64,000 nucleotides of DNA from Fibrobacteria bacterium (GTDB taxonomy: Bacteria; Fibrobacterota; Fibrobacteria; UBA11236): positions 160,001-224,000 of the forward strand of contig JAYTSD010000008.1 in assembly GCA_043745805.1 (NCBI GenBank), read 5' to 3'. The position numbers were made by a program, and so were the translations under genes. Shown piece after piece: positions 48,459-59,108 of the stretch. Each line of letters begins with the position of its first letter. The stretch's first letter is position 1. The notes under the pieces were generated by a model. That model was not told the DNA's origin. It ran no database searches and worked only from the letters and a program-made list of their open reading frames with translations.

Positions 48459-50138
48459 ATGTCAAATCGTTTAAATAAATACAGTGCTCGTCTCACCCAA
48501 ACCATTTCACAGCCAGGTTCTAAAGCCATGCTTTATGCCACAGGAATGAAAGAAGAGGATATGGACAAAGCCCAAGTGGGTATTGCCAGCACAGGCTGGG
48601 ATGGTAATCCTTGCAATATGCATCTTAATGATTTGGCGAAGCATGTGAAGCAAAGCGTCAACGAAGAAGGCATGGTAGGCTTAATGTTCCATACCATTGG
48701 GGTTAGCGATGGAATCTCCATGGGAACCGAAGGCATGAATTTCTCTCTGCAATCGCGCGACATTATTGCCGACTCTATCGAAACAGTAACCTGTGCGCAA
48801 TGGTATGATGCGAATATTTCGGTTGTGGGTTGTGACAAAAATATGCCAGGTTCCGTGATGGCAATGGCGCGATTTAATCGCCCGAGTATAATGGTTTATG
48901 GAGGGACGATACTTCCAGGTTACTCTCATGGGAAGCAATTAAATTTAGTTTCAGCTTTTGAAGCCTATGGAGAATTCGTAGCGGGAAAAATTGAAGAGTC
49001 CGAAATGAATGAGGTTTTAAAAAATGCTTGTCCCGGCCAAGGCGCTTGTGGCGGTATGTATACCGCTAATACCATGGCTTCAGCTATTGAAACTTTAGGC
49101 ATGTCACTACCTTATGATTCATCCTCCCCTGCGGTGAGTGATGAAAAGTTTCGCGAATGTTTACGCTTAGGCAAAGCCATTCGTTTGTTGCTAGAACGCG
49201 ATATTAAACCACGTGATATTATGACGCCAAAAGCTTTTGAAAATGCCATGACCATGGTAATTGCTTTAGGCGGATCTACTAATGCCGTTCTGCATTTAAT
49301 TGCTATGGCCAAAGCTGCTCATGTAAAATTAACCATCGATGATTTTCAAAAAGTCAGCGACAAAACCCCTTTCCTTGCCGATTTAAAACCTAGCGGTAAG
49401 TATGTAATGGAAGATTTACATCGCGTAGGCGGTATTCCTGCGGTACAAAAATTATTACTCAAAGAAGGTTTTTTACACGGGGATTGCCTCACCGTAACTG
49501 GCAAAACCTTGGCCGAAAATGTGGAAGAATGTGCTGGCTTGCAAGCTGGACAAGATGTAATTCACCCCGTGTCCAAACCTATGAAGGCCACTGGGCATAT
49601 TCGCATACTTTATGGCAACTTAGCCAAAGAAGGCGCCGTGGCAAAAATTACCGGTAAAGAAGGCTTGTCTTTTACTGGCCCGGCTAAAACTTTTGATTCC
49701 GAAGAAGATTCATTGCATGCTTTAGAACGCAAAGAAATTGTGGCCGGTGATGTAGTTGTTATCCGCTATGAAGGTCCTAAAGGCGGACCGGGCATGAGTG
49801 AAATGTTAACGGTAACCTCGGCTATCATGGGAGCCGGACTCGGTAAATCCGTTGCCCTCATAACCGATGGTCGTTTCTCAGGCGGAACGCATGGCTTTGT
49901 AGTAGGGCATATTACTCCAGAAGCACAAGCTGGTGGTGTTTTGGCAATTCTTAAAAATGGAGATGTGGTTACCATTGATGCGGATAAAAATACTTTGGAT
50001 GTGGATTTAACCGAAGCCGAAATTGCTTCACGTTTTCAAGGCTGGAAAGCCCCTCCTTATAAAATCACTCAAGGCACTTTATACAGGTATATTAAAACCG
50101 TAAGTACCGCTTCTGAAGGTTGCGTTACTGATGAATAA
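48459..50138 (+). CDS. ilvD: Dihydroxy-acid dehydratase
   Basis: [49 protein letters not shown]. Start moved to ATG 48459. Confidence 0.97.
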   Translation: MSNRLNKYSARLTQTISQPGSKAMLYATGMKEEDMDKAQVGIASTGWDGNPCNMHLNDLAKHVKQSVNEEGMVGLMFHTIGVSDGISMGTEGMNFSLQSRDIIADSIETVTCAQWYDANISVVGCDKNMPGSVMAMARFNRPSIMVYGGTILPGYSHGKQLNLVSAFEAYGEFVAGKIEESEMNEVLKNACPGQGACGGMYTANTMASAIETLGMSLPYDSSSPAVSDEKFRECLRLGKAIRLLLERDIKPRDIMTPKAFENAMTMVIALGGSTNAVLHLIAMAKAAHVKLTIDDFQKVSDKTPFLADLKPSGKYVMEDLHRVGGIPAVQKLLLKEGFLHGDCLTVTGKTLAENVEECAGLQAGQDVIHPVSKPMKATGHIRILYGNLAKEGAVAKITGKEGLSFTGPAKTFDSEEDSLHALERKEIVAGDVVVIRYEGPKGGPGMSEMLTVTSAIMGAGLGKSVALITDGRFSGGTHGFVVGHITPEAQAGGVLAILKNGDVVTIDADKNTLDVDLTEAEIASRFQGWKAPPYKITQGTLYRYIKTVSTASEGCVTDE

Positions 50139-50201
50139 TGCGATAAATAATTTTTTATCGCTAATACTATCGGTAGTCGATACAGGTTTAGCTGAGGCAA
50201 A

Positions 50202-51398
50202 ATGAAATTGCTTGCACAGCGTGCTTTACGCATTGAGCCTTCGCAAACCGTAGCTATAGATGCCAAGTATAAACAACTTGCCGCTGCGGGTGCTGATATT
50301 ATTAGCTTCGGAGCTGGTGAGCCGGATTTTGAAACTCCCGAACATGCGAAAAAAGCGGCTATTGACTCTATTCAAGCAGGATTTACCCGTTACACTCAAG
50401 TTACTGGAATTCCCGCTTTAAAAACCGCTATTTGCAAAAAACTTTTACAGGATAATGCTTTAACCTATGCGCCTGAACAAATCACCGTATGTAGCGGTAG
50501 CAAACATGCACTGTTTAATGCTTTACTGGCTTTGGTAGAAGAAGGCGATGAGGTTTTAATCCCTGCCCCCTATTGGGTTACCTATCCAGAATTAGTACGC
50601 TTAGCGGGCGGCACACCTATTATCCTTCCCACCACTTTAGAAAATGAATTTAAAATCACCGCCGCACAATTAAACGCCGCAATTACTCCACACAGTAAAT
50701 TATTGATTTTAAATTCCCCTAATAATCCTAGTGGAGCTGTGTATTCTAAGTCCGAGCTTTTCGCTTTAGCAGAAGTTTTAATTGCGAAAGATTTATATTG
50801 CCTCTCGGATGAAATTTATGAATACATCGTTTATGATGAACATAAACATTATAGCATAGCCGCGGTCCATCCAGAAATGCTGGCTCGTAGCGTAATTGTG
50901 AATGGTTTATCCAAGGCTTATGCCATGACTGGTTGGCGTATTGGCTATGTGGCCGCCCCGAAACCTATTGCTAAGGCTATTGCGGCTATTCAAAGCCACG
51001 GCACACATCATCCAGCAAATGTTTCGCAATATGCCGCATTAGCCTGTATCACCGGCGATCAAAATGGCGTGCAGGATATGGTGAAACAGTTTGCTCAACG
51101 TCGGGAATTTGTTTTACAAAACCTCGCACAAATTCCTGAACTAAAAGTCTTTGCGCCTCAAGGTGCCTTTTATGCCTTTTTCAATATTAAAGCCTACTTG
51201 GGAAAATCGCATGAGGGTATTCTCGTAAACAATTCCTTGGATCTCTGTAATTACTTGCTTGACAAATACTTAGTAGTGCTTGTTCCTGGCAGTGGCTTTG
51301 GTTTGGAGGGTTATTTACGCATGTCTTATGCTTCCTCATTGAGCAATTTAAAAAATGGACTAGAGCGCTTAGCCAAGGCTTTGCGGGCATTGCAATAG
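50202..51398 (+). CDS. PLP-dependent class I aminotransferase (aspartate aminotransferase-like)
   Basis: GEPDF, NSPNNPSG, SDEIY, SKAYAMTGWRIG. Confidence 0.92.
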   Translation: MKLLAQRALRIEPSQTVAIDAKYKQLAAAGADIISFGAGEPDFETPEHAKKAAIDSIQAGFTRYTQVTGIPALKTAICKKLLQDNALTYAPEQITVCSGSKHALFNALLALVEEGDEVLIPAPYWVTYPELVRLAGGTPIILPTTLENEFKITAAQLNAAITPHSKLLILNSPNNPSGAVYSKSELFALAEVLIAKDLYCLSDEIYEYIVYDEHKHYSIAAVHPEMLARSVIVNGLSKAYAMTGWRIGYVAAPKPIAKAIAAIQSHGTHHPANVSQYAALACITGDQNGVQDMVKQFAQRREFVLQNLAQIPELKVFAPQGAFYAFFNIKAYLGKSHEGILVNNSLDLCNYLLDKYLVVLVPGSGFGLEGYLRMSYASSLSNLKNGLERLAKALRALQ

Positions 51399-51452
51399 TT
51401 TTTATCATATAATTTCTAAAACTTCAATTAAGAAGTTGCAGAGGATAAGCTT

Positions 51453-52913
51453 ATGGAAAATACCGCTCAAGGTACTCAGCACAAAAACAAACCTCCTGTG
51501 CGATTTGGTGGCTATGCGGTATTCGATCACTTAGGTAAAGGAGGAATGGGCGATGTTTATAAAGCCATTCAACTTGGACTTGATAGAACCGTTGCTTTAA
51601 AAATTCTTCCGCCAACTTTAGCGCGCAGCCGAGAATTTTTAGAAAGATTTTTTTCTGAAGCATATGCTATTTCACGCTTGCAACATCAAAACATTGTCAC
51701 CATATATGATTATGGTGAAGAGCAAGATCAAAAATACATTGCCATGCAATACATTCATGGCCCCACTTTAAGCCAACTCATTCAAGCTGAAAAGCAATTA
51801 GAGTATGGTCGTATTATAAATATTGTGAAACAAATTTGCCGCGGTTTAAAATATGCCCATCAAAACGATATTGTGCATCGCGATATTAAAAGTGGAAATA
51901 TTATGGTGGAACCAGGAGATAAGATTTACATCTCCGATTTTGGAATTGCCAAAGTAATAGATTCGCCTGGAATTACTACTGCGGGTATGACCATGGGTAC
52001 CCCGGAATTTATGTCTCCTGAACAATGCGAAGGCGGTGTGGTGGATGGACAAAGTGATATTTATGGATTAGGAATTATTCTCTATGAAATGGTTGCGGGT
52101 AAGCCCCCCTTTTTAGCAGATTCCCCATTAGCCGTCGCCTATAAACAAGTGCATGAAATCCCTTCTTTATTAGGAAAAATACGTAACGATATTCCACAAC
52201 GCTTGGAACTCATTGCGGCAAAATGCCTAAAGAAAAATAAAGCCGATCGCTACCGCAATGCGGACGAATTATTAAAAGATTTAGATTCCGTTTATTTGGA
52301 TACTCCAAAAAATGAAATGGAAGAAAAGCTTCCAACTACTCCAAATCAAAGAATTACTGATCGTCGTGAAATGCAAAGAAGAGATAGTATAGTAGCCTTT
52401 GCAAAAAGCCAATCTATGCTTTGGGTATTAATAGGCATAACCATTTTATTAGCCGGTATTTTGCTTAAAACTTTTTTCCCCACTTCCTCACAAGGTTTGA
52501 CTTGGGTAGCTTTGCATACGGTACAAGGTGATTTCTTAAATGCAGAAAATGGTCCGATGAAAACCGAATACCTATTCGATGGCAAAAGCAACACCGCATG
52601 GGCGCCTCCCAAGGACATTCGCGAAAATCGTATTTATGTGCAATTAAAAAACAAAACATTTTTAAGCGGCATACTTTTAGAAACCGGCTTTGAAGATGTC
52701 CATTCCGCTTTATACTCCGGTCCACGTTTTGTGACTGTAGAATTAGAAGGCCATAAAAGCATTAAATTATCACTCAATGACACTACTGAACCACAATACT
52801 TTGCATTGAATGGTTTAATCACAGATCATTTCAACTTGGTATTTGAGGGTGCATTTCCACCTGGTCCCATGGCTATTCGTGAAATAAAATTCACGGGCAT
52901 TTTATATGAGTAA
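51453..52913 (+). CDS. Hanks-type Ser/Thr protein kinase with TM and extracytoplasmic discoidin-like domain
   Basis: LGKGGMG, VALK, HRDIKSGN, DFGIAK, GTPEFMSPEQ; TM LWVLIGITILLAGILL; LFDGKSNTAW. Confidence 0.92.
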   Translation: MENTAQGTQHKNKPPVRFGGYAVFDHLGKGGMGDVYKAIQLGLDRTVALKILPPTLARSREFLERFFSEAYAISRLQHQNIVTIYDYGEEQDQKYIAMQYIHGPTLSQLIQAEKQLEYGRIINIVKQICRGLKYAHQNDIVHRDIKSGNIMVEPGDKIYISDFGIAKVIDSPGITTAGMTMGTPEFMSPEQCEGGVVDGQSDIYGLGIILYEMVAGKPPFLADSPLAVAYKQVHEIPSLLGKIRNDIPQRLELIAAKCLKKNKADRYRNADELLKDLDSVYLDTPKNEMEEKLPTTPNQRITDRREMQRRDSIVAFAKSQSMLWVLIGITILLAGILLKTFFPTSSQGLTWVALHTVQGDFLNAENGPMKTEYLFDGKSNTAWAPPKDIRENRIYVQLKNKTFLSGILLETGFEDVHSALYSGPRFVTVELEGHKSIKLSLNDTTEPQYFALNGLITDHFNLVFEGAFPPGPMAIREIKFTGILYE

Positions 52914-52935
52914 CTCGGAATCAGCAGAGTAACTT

Positions 52936-53391
52936 GTGAGCACCACCCTCAATCAACCTGAAAATAGACGGCAAATCGGCACTCAAGGTGAAGAGCTTGC
53001 TTTGCAATACCTATTGAAAAAGGGTTATGTACTGAAGCAAAAAAATTATCGCGTTCCACGTGGCGAAATTGATTTGATAGTAGAAGATCCGCAAGGCGTA
53101 TTAATTTTTGTGGAGGTAAAGTCGGCGCAAGCAGATCAATTTGGTCCTCCTGCTTCAAGAGTTACGCGTGCAAAAATAAAGATTATCCAAAAGGTCGCTC
53201 AACGCTATGTCGCTGAAAATCATTACGAAAAAAGGGCTATGCGTTTTGATGTTATAAGCATCGACCTATCTTTAGCCCAGTCGATTGAGCGCACAAAAAC
53301 TTCCCAAACCGCCAACCCAAATAAAATTGAACATTTAGAAAATGCTTTTTTGCCCGATGGGAATGGGTATTATGCAGGTTACCTAGGTTAA
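52936..53391 (+). CDS. yraN: YraN family putative endonuclease (UPF0102)
   Basis: G..GE.LA..YL...GY...N.R...GEIDLI, FVEVK, RFDV. Confidence 0.92.
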   Translation: MSTTLNQPENRRQIGTQGEELALQYLLKKGYVLKQKNYRVPRGEIDLIVEDPQGVLIFVEVKSAQADQFGPPASRVTRAKIKIIQKVAQRYVAENHYEKRAMRFDVISIDLSLAQSIERTKTSQTANPNKIEHLENAFLPDGNGYYAGYLG

Positions 53392-53399
53392 AAATTTTC

Positions 53400-54026
53400 A
53401 TGCGCATTGAATTACATTCCGAAACCCCACAATCGCGACATCTAAAAAACATTTTAGAAGTCTTTAAAAATGATGGCGTACTTATTTATCCGACCGATTC
53501 CGGATATTCCTTGGGCTGTAATGTGCATTCCAAAAAAGCGATTAATCGACTCTATCATATTAAGCGTTCGTTAAAAAAATATGTCATGGCTATTTTGGTT
53601 CCAGATTTTAGCATTATCAGTGAATTTGCACATGTCGATAATTTTGCTTTTCGCACCATGAAACTTTTGGCTCCAGGCCCTTATACTTTTATTTTACCCG
53701 CTACGGTTAAAGCCCGTCGCATACTGGATGTGAATCGCCCAGAGGTAGGCATACGTATGCCTAAATGCACATTTCTAAATGGAATGCATGCGCTTGATTC
53801 CTCACTTGTATTTTTAAATACAGCAGCCAAAATCAACACTGAAAATGAATATTGCGACCCAGATGATATTGAAAAAGTTTTTGGTCATTTGGTAGATATC
53901 ATCGCCGATATGGGAAATATTCCCTTAGCCCCCACAACAATTTTATCTTTGGTGGATGGTGGAATTGAAGTGATTCGCGAGGGCGCTGGCCCTTTGCCAG
54001 AACATAAGCATAAAAATAAATTTTAA
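53400..54026 (+). CDS. Sua5/YciO/YrdC (TsaC) family protein, YciO-like
   Basis: IYPTDSGYSLGC, PGPYTFIL, VGIRMP, IREGAG. Confidence 0.88.
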   Translation: MRIELHSETPQSRHLKNILEVFKNDGVLIYPTDSGYSLGCNVHSKKAINRLYHIKRSLKKYVMAILVPDFSIISEFAHVDNFAFRTMKLLAPGPYTFILPATVKARRILDVNRPEVGIRMPKCTFLNGMHALDSSLVFLNTAAKINTENEYCDPDDIEKVFGHLVDIIADMGNIPLAPTTILSLVDGGIEVIREGAGPLPEHKHKNKF

Positions 54027-54058
54027 AAAACATTAATGTTACCGTAACAGGAGAAGCT

Positions 54059-54529
54059 ATGGCTAAGCGCTATTGGTTAATGAAAACCGAACCCGATACC
54101 TTTTCGATTCAAGATTTACAAAAAAGACCTCAGCAAACCGAACCGTGGGATGGGGTACGAAATTATCAAGCGCGAAATTATATGCGTGATGACATGTCGG
54201 TAGGTGATGAAGTTTTATTTTATCATTCGAGTTGCACTCCAGCAGGTATTGTGGGCATAGCGATTATTGATAAAGCCGCGACTGACGATCCTGGTGCACT
54301 CAACCCAAAATCAAAATACTTTGATCCCAAAGCCACGCCCCAAAAAAATCCTTGGGTATTAGTGCATGTGCGATTCAAAAAGGAATTTAAGGTTATGGTC
54401 ACCTTAGAACAATTAAAAAGCGTTCCTGGATTAGAAGCCATGATAGTGATTAAACGCGGCATGCGTCTTTCCATTCAACCAGTTACTCCTGAGGAGTTCG
54501 CGATTATTCAAAAATTAGGAAAAAGCTAA
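54059..54529 (+). CDS. EVE domain protein
   Basis: YWLMKTEP, WDGVRNYQARN, FYHS, RLSIQPV. Confidence 0.95.
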   Translation: MAKRYWLMKTEPDTFSIQDLQKRPQQTEPWDGVRNYQARNYMRDDMSVGDEVLFYHSSCTPAGIVGIAIIDKAATDDPGALNPKSKYFDPKATPQKNPWVLVHVRFKKEFKVMVTLEQLKSVPGLEAMIVIKRGMRLSIQPVTPEEFAIIQKLGKS

Positions 54530-54621
54530 GTTTTCTAAAATTAGGCAAAGGCCACTAATTTATGGGCAAAAACATTAATTCGTCCCTGCTAAAATAGCTT
54601 TGTCAGGCTTACCTTTTAAAT

Positions 54622-54939
54622 ATGCAAGATTTATACGCATTGCAAAAATTTAATCGGGATAAAGGGATAGACGCTGTTCAACCCATTAATACCGATATTT
54701 CTCAAGAAAACTTGGAGCGGGATGAGCAAATAGTGCAACGCCTGCAAAGTCGATTGCGTGAACGTAAAGACAAATTTCGTGAGGCCTTAAGACGCGGCTT
54801 AGCGGTTACCTCAGAAGAAATGCCCAATAACCCTGTCGATACCGATCATTATGAACCACAAAGATTAACGCGAAAAATTTGCTGGCAATATGACAAGGCC
54901 GCTAAAAAAGTGCCGTTATTTCGTCGTCATTATATCTAG
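54622..54939 (+). CDS. Hypothetical protein
   Basis: 105-aa charged ORF filling the gap between the EVE and M48 genes. No family recognised. Confidence 0.5.
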   Translation: MQDLYALQKFNRDKGIDAVQPINTDISQENLERDEQIVQRLQSRLRERKDKFREALRRGLAVTSEEMPNNPVDTDHYEPQRLTRKICWQYDKAAKKVPLFRRHYI

Positions 54940-57045
54940 GTTCGTAACATTTTCTCCATTAAATACCCATAAGTCTGCGGGTAATTCTATCGGCCCAAAA
55001 CCTAAAGCCCCTTCCACACGGCCTGCAATAAAGACTACACGACCCATCGCACGATCGTATAAGCCAATTAAACGTTGATAAACTCGTTCACCTACATCCA
55101 GCAAAGATTCACTATCCGAAATATCGGGTAAATGTTCAAAAGCATAATCGCCTATGCTTAGGCTTAAATCCAATGCGAAAGGATGCGCTAAACTTTGAAA
55201 TTGATTTTTTAGGCTTAATAAATGAGCATGAATTGACCTAGTAATATCGGTTACTTGGCTTTGCCATGCCCTCACCAAGTCTTCGCCCGGAATAATTTGC
55301 GTAAATACAAAAAGCATTTGCAATTCATCGCGTAAAGTATGAACGTCTTGTAAATTATTACTTAACGTATGCAGGCAAGGTAAAAGTAGAGTTAATTCCT
55401 GCCCTAATTCGGTAGCATCTAATAAATGTTCATGTACCAAGGTACTAGGCAAACATTGTAAACTCAGGATTATGCGTTGATTAAATAACTTTTCGAATTC
55501 GGCTAAGGTTTGCCGGTTTATTTCCAATTCACTTAATCGCCCTGCATAAATAGCTTGTGCCTCTTCTAAATCTGGCTTCACCGGCCTTTGAAAAGCCCTT
55601 TTTGCAGCCGCAATTTGTTGCAAAGCCTGTCGCCGTTGTAATTCTAAACGATGAAACTTCTCGAATGCTAAAATCCATTCTCTAAAAAAACTTTGCATTT
55701 GTTCACGAATGCAACTTAATTTAAGAAGCGACTGATTCATTTCAAAATCGGTTTTCGAATTTTTTTGTGGCAAAAGTATGGGTAACAAATCCGTGTATAA
55801 ACCCAAAAAAAAGCCTTCTAAAGCGGCTTCACTTTCCCGAATAAGCGCATACTCTGCCATAATTTCTTCAGCGGGAAGAAAATTTCCGGATCCACTTTTT
55901 ACATTGAATTCATGACTATAATAGGCCTTCGTCAAATCTTCACATAAAGGCATAAATGCGACAAAAAAACTTTGTGCCATTCCACCCCATTGATATTTAC
56001 CCGCTTCATTCATTCCTTGAATATTGTTAATCCTATCGCCATCGGTGGGATGCATGTCATCTAAGGAGGACGATTTTTTAAAAAAATCTTGGCGAATTCG
56101 TCGACGCACTGAAGAAATAAATGGTCGACAATTCGAAAGGATTAGTGAGGGTAAATTTGCAGCCCATTTTCCTTCACTCAATGAATGTTGCAAGGACCGC
56201 AAAGCCAATGTCATAGCTTCATCCAATACCCGTAACTCTAAGATTACGCTTTCAAAAGCCTGTTTGCCTGCAATCTCAGCTTGATTTTTATCGGCATCAA
56301 ATTCCATTTGGCGATGTAAAAATCCACTGCATAAATTACACAAGCAAATCCAGCCTTGTAGAATTTTTCCTGCGCTCCATAAATGTATTTGGCAATACCC
56401 CAAAAATATCCGCGTAAATAGATTTGCCTTATGAGCGCGTTGCATCATCCATTGCTCCCACTCCGCTTTGGTATTCTTAGCTTGGCTTAAATTACGATAG
56501 ACCCAAGCAAAAAAATAACTAATACGCATACCCGACATTTGTTTATAGTGGCCCAGCTCATGCGCTATTACTCCGGCCAATTGTTGCGCATTTATTCCCG
56601 CTATCAGGGGTAACCCAATAGTTAACTCCACACGCCTTTGTAAAGCGCTAGTCAAAACGAGTCCAGCATTGATTTCCATATTTACATAAATTCGCGAAAC
56701 GCGAGGAACATGCATCAAATGACAAACTTGATCGACAAAACTAAAAAATCGTGGCTCATTTTCTCTCACTAATTCATATTGCCAAGTTATAGTTTTTGTT
56801 GCACTTAAAATCCGAATCCAGAAAAATAAAAGCAATAAGCTTTCTATTAATAACAACTCGTAGAGTGAATAAATTATCCATGATTGAAATTGACTTAAAT
56901 TTATGTGATTTAAAATCAAGGTAGTGAAGAGATACCCAATACTTATTAAGCACCCTATATAAAGTATTGGGAAAAGTATTAATCCAACAATACCAATCCC
57001 AAGTCCCAATATATATAATCCGTTACGATATGATTTTTTTTGCAA
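54916..57045 (-). CDS. M48-family zinc metallopeptidase with a long helical C-terminus
   Basis: N-terminal TMs, INA, IGLPL, IAHELGH (HExxH), EFDAD, HPT..RI. Confidence 0.88.
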   Translation of the reverse strand: MQKKSYRNGLYILGLGIGIVGLILFPILYIGCLISIGYLFTTLILNHINLSQFQSWIIYSLYELLLIESLLLLFFWIRILSATKTITWQYELVRENEPRFFSFVDQVCHLMHVPRVSRIYVNMEINAGLVLTSALQRRVELTIGLPLIAGINAQQLAGVIAHELGHYKQMSGMRISYFFAWVYRNLSQAKNTKAEWEQWMMQRAHKANLFTRIFLGYCQIHLWSAGKILQGWICLCNLCSGFLHRQMEFDADKNQAEIAGKQAFESVILELRVLDEAMTLALRSLQHSLSEGKWAANLPSLILSNCRPFISSVRRRIRQDFFKKSSSLDDMHPTDGDRINNIQGMNEAGKYQWGGMAQSFFVAFMPLCEDLTKAYYSHEFNVKSGSGNFLPAEEIMAEYALIRESEAALEGFFLGLYTDLLPILLPQKNSKTDFEMNQSLLKLSCIREQMQSFFREWILAFEKFHRLELQRRQALQQIAAAKRAFQRPVKPDLEEAQAIYAGRLSELEINRQTLAEFEKLFNQRIILSLQCLPSTLVHEHLLDATELGQELTLLLPCLHTLSNNLQDVHTLRDELQMLFVFTQIIPGEDLVRAWQSQVTDITRSIHAHLLSLKNQFQSLAHPFALDLSLSIGDYAFEHLPDISDSESLLDVGERVYQRLIGLYDRAMGRVVFIAGRVEGALGFGPIELPADLWVFNGENVTNLDIMTTK

Positions 57046-57451
57046 TTGGTTTCCTTAAACGAACTATTTAAGACTAAAGGCGGAAATTAATTTATTCCAG
57101 TTTTAAAGAAAAACCACAGCTTCATAGGATTATTAAAATGGAGCATTGCAACAATGTACATTGCTCTAAACTAAAATAAACCAAATGTTGTGAAAAATAA
57201 ATTCCAAGAATTAATCTTAAATCTTAGAAATCCTCAATAAAATGACGATTTATGGACTTTTTAACCGTAAATTCAATATTGTGTTTATAGCGCTGGTAAC
57301 GAAAGTGTTACGCTTTGATAAAATAGAATTCAAGCTCTAATAATCTAATTTTGAACAAAAAAATATTTATACAAAACTTGTTTCTCTAACTTTTCTCCCC
57401 TATACTCATAACACAAAACGCACCGCAGGCGAAAACGAAAAGTGAAAATTT

Positions 57452-57946
57452 ATGGGTTTAGCAAATAAAAACGAAAACATAAACCTGCTCCCAAAGGATA
57501 AGTCTAAGGAAGCCATTCTCCTAAAAATGCGTGAGAAATTAGCTGGTGTTTCACAATATGAAATGAAAACAGAATTGAAGCGTCAAAACCGTGTCTCCCG
57601 TCGAAATATTTACTGGGGATGGAAAGTAGCCATAGCTTTAACATTTTTAGTTGCCAACATTTTATTCTTCGGTCCCGAAATAGAGGCTATGCAATCTAAA
57701 GTAGTGCATAAACTACCGACGCTGGAATCTCCACAACCCACCTTAACAATTGATCAACAGGCTCTATACTGGGGCTATGCTTTATATGATTTTGAAGCCC
57801 TGAAAAAACAATTTCATGTTCCTAAAAATGTGGCGATTGATGGAAATATCGCAAAAAAAAATCTAGCTGAACTTTTACCAAAAACTGGAAAAGGAACTCG
57901 CTATGCTTTATCGGTTTATCTTCCTGAACTGAGGAAAACATTATGA
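57452..57946 (+). CDS. Hypothetical single-pass membrane protein leading the pilin cassette
   Basis: One TM (VAIALTFLVANILFFG); ATGA overlap with the next gene. Confidence 0.65.
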   Translation: MGLANKNENINLLPKDKSKEAILLKMREKLAGVSQYEMKTELKRQNRVSRRNIYWGWKVAIALTFLVANILFFGPEIEAMQSKVVHKLPTLESPQPTLTIDQQALYWGYALYDFEALKKQFHVPKNVAIDGNIAKKNLAELLPKTGKGTRYALSVYLPELRKTL

Positions 57947-58326
57947 AAAATAAAAATTTAGGTTTTAGTTTAATAGAAATATTAGTGTCGATAACTGTAT
58001 TAGGTATTTTGGCTTCCTCCGTTACCTATTTCATAACCACCCAAAACAAATTTTCTGTATTTGGTAGCGACTCCGTTAAAGCCCTCAATTTGGGAAAATT
58101 AAAAATGGATAGCCTAAAGGTTTCGTCTTACGACAGTTTAAAATCTGGCGTTGACACAGTTGCAGATAGGTATATAAGAACGTGGGCCATTACTACACTT
58201 ACCAATGGTGGAGTTGCCACCGGGTTAAAACAAATTGATTTGAGTGTTTCCTTTCCCTTAACTGCGGAACACTTTTCATCCTTAGTATCCATGGTCAGTA
58301 ATGACAAATTCAAGGAGGATCCATAA
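57943..58326 (+). CDS. Type IV minor pilin, PilV/GspI-like
   Basis: Class III signal G|FSLIEILV with Glu5; short globular domain. Confidence 0.85.
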   Translation: MKNKNLGFSLIEILVSITVLGILASSVTYFITTQNKFSVFGSDSVKALNLGKLKMDSLKVSSYDSLKSGVDTVADRYIRTWAITTLTNGGVATGLKQIDLSVSFPLTAEHFSSLVSMVSNDKFKEDP

Positions 58327-59087
58327 TGCGAAAGCTCAAATTTTTCCAAGTAAAAGGATTTAGTTTAGTAGAAATATTAATAGGTATGGTAGTCAGTAGC
58401 ATTGTTATGGGAAGCATTTATTCTCTATGGAAAAGAAGTGATACCGAAACGCGAAAATTGTCCGACAAAGCCGATTTACGCTCACGTATGACTTTAGTAG
58501 ATAAAATCATTCAAAAAACTATTACTAATGCAGGTTATGGCCTGTACAATGTAGTGGATATTTCTAAAGAAGATGCAATTGGATCCGACACTTTAACGGT
58601 TTATTCTAATTCGGCCGCAATCACTACATCCTTAGGAGTGACGCATGATAAGGATCATATTGTAATTACGGTAAGTAGCGCTAGTGGATTTACTGCCGGC
58701 GGATATATCGCTATTACTGATGGTACTAATAATGAAATTCGAAAAATATATCAAATTAATGATAAAGTTATCACTATCGCAACTAAAACATTAAATAATT
58801 ATGATAAAACCAATACCACTGCGTATCCAGTTACCAAGGAAAGATATTATAGCGATGAAACATTAAATAAAATGATACGGCAAACAAATGACGGTGACCC
58901 GCATTCGTTTGGGGATAAAATCAAAAATTTTCAATTGGCCTTTCTTGACAAAAATGGAGCGTCAACTAATATCTACACTAAAATTCGTTCCATAAATTTT
59001 TCGATCACTGGCATTTATCCTACTCCAAACGGAACCATTACCGCAGTGACCGTAACTTCTAATGCAATACCTAGAAATTTAATGTAA
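58326..59087 (+). CDS. Type IV minor pilin, PilW/GspJ-like
   Basis: KG|FSLVEILIGM, I..AGYG, C-terminal PRNL. Confidence 0.85.
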   Translation: MRKLKFFQVKGFSLVEILIGMVVSSIVMGSIYSLWKRSDTETRKLSDKADLRSRMTLVDKIIQKTITNAGYGLYNVVDISKEDAIGSDTLTVYSNSAAITTSLGVTHDKDHIVITVSSASGFTAGGYIAITDGTNNEIRKIYQINDKVITIATKTLNNYDKTNTTAYPVTKERYYSDETLNKMIRQTNDGDPHSFGDKIKNFQLAFLDKNGASTNIYTKIRSINFSITGIYPTPNGTITAVTVTSNAIPRNLM

Positions 59088-59108
59088 AACAACCCAAGGA
59101 GCGCCATC

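Noticed and set aside
54037-54049. Palindrome TGTTACCGTAACA, with a near copy at 25747-25759, as a shared operator
   Set aside because: Only two short instances beside unrelated genes; not distinguishable from chance without a genome-wide count.
57285-57450. Riboswitch (e.g. c-di-GMP-I) upstream of the pilin cassette
   Set aside because: GAAA-containing mini-hairpins are present, but I could not match the conserved GEMM core. An Rfam/Infernal scan would be decisive.
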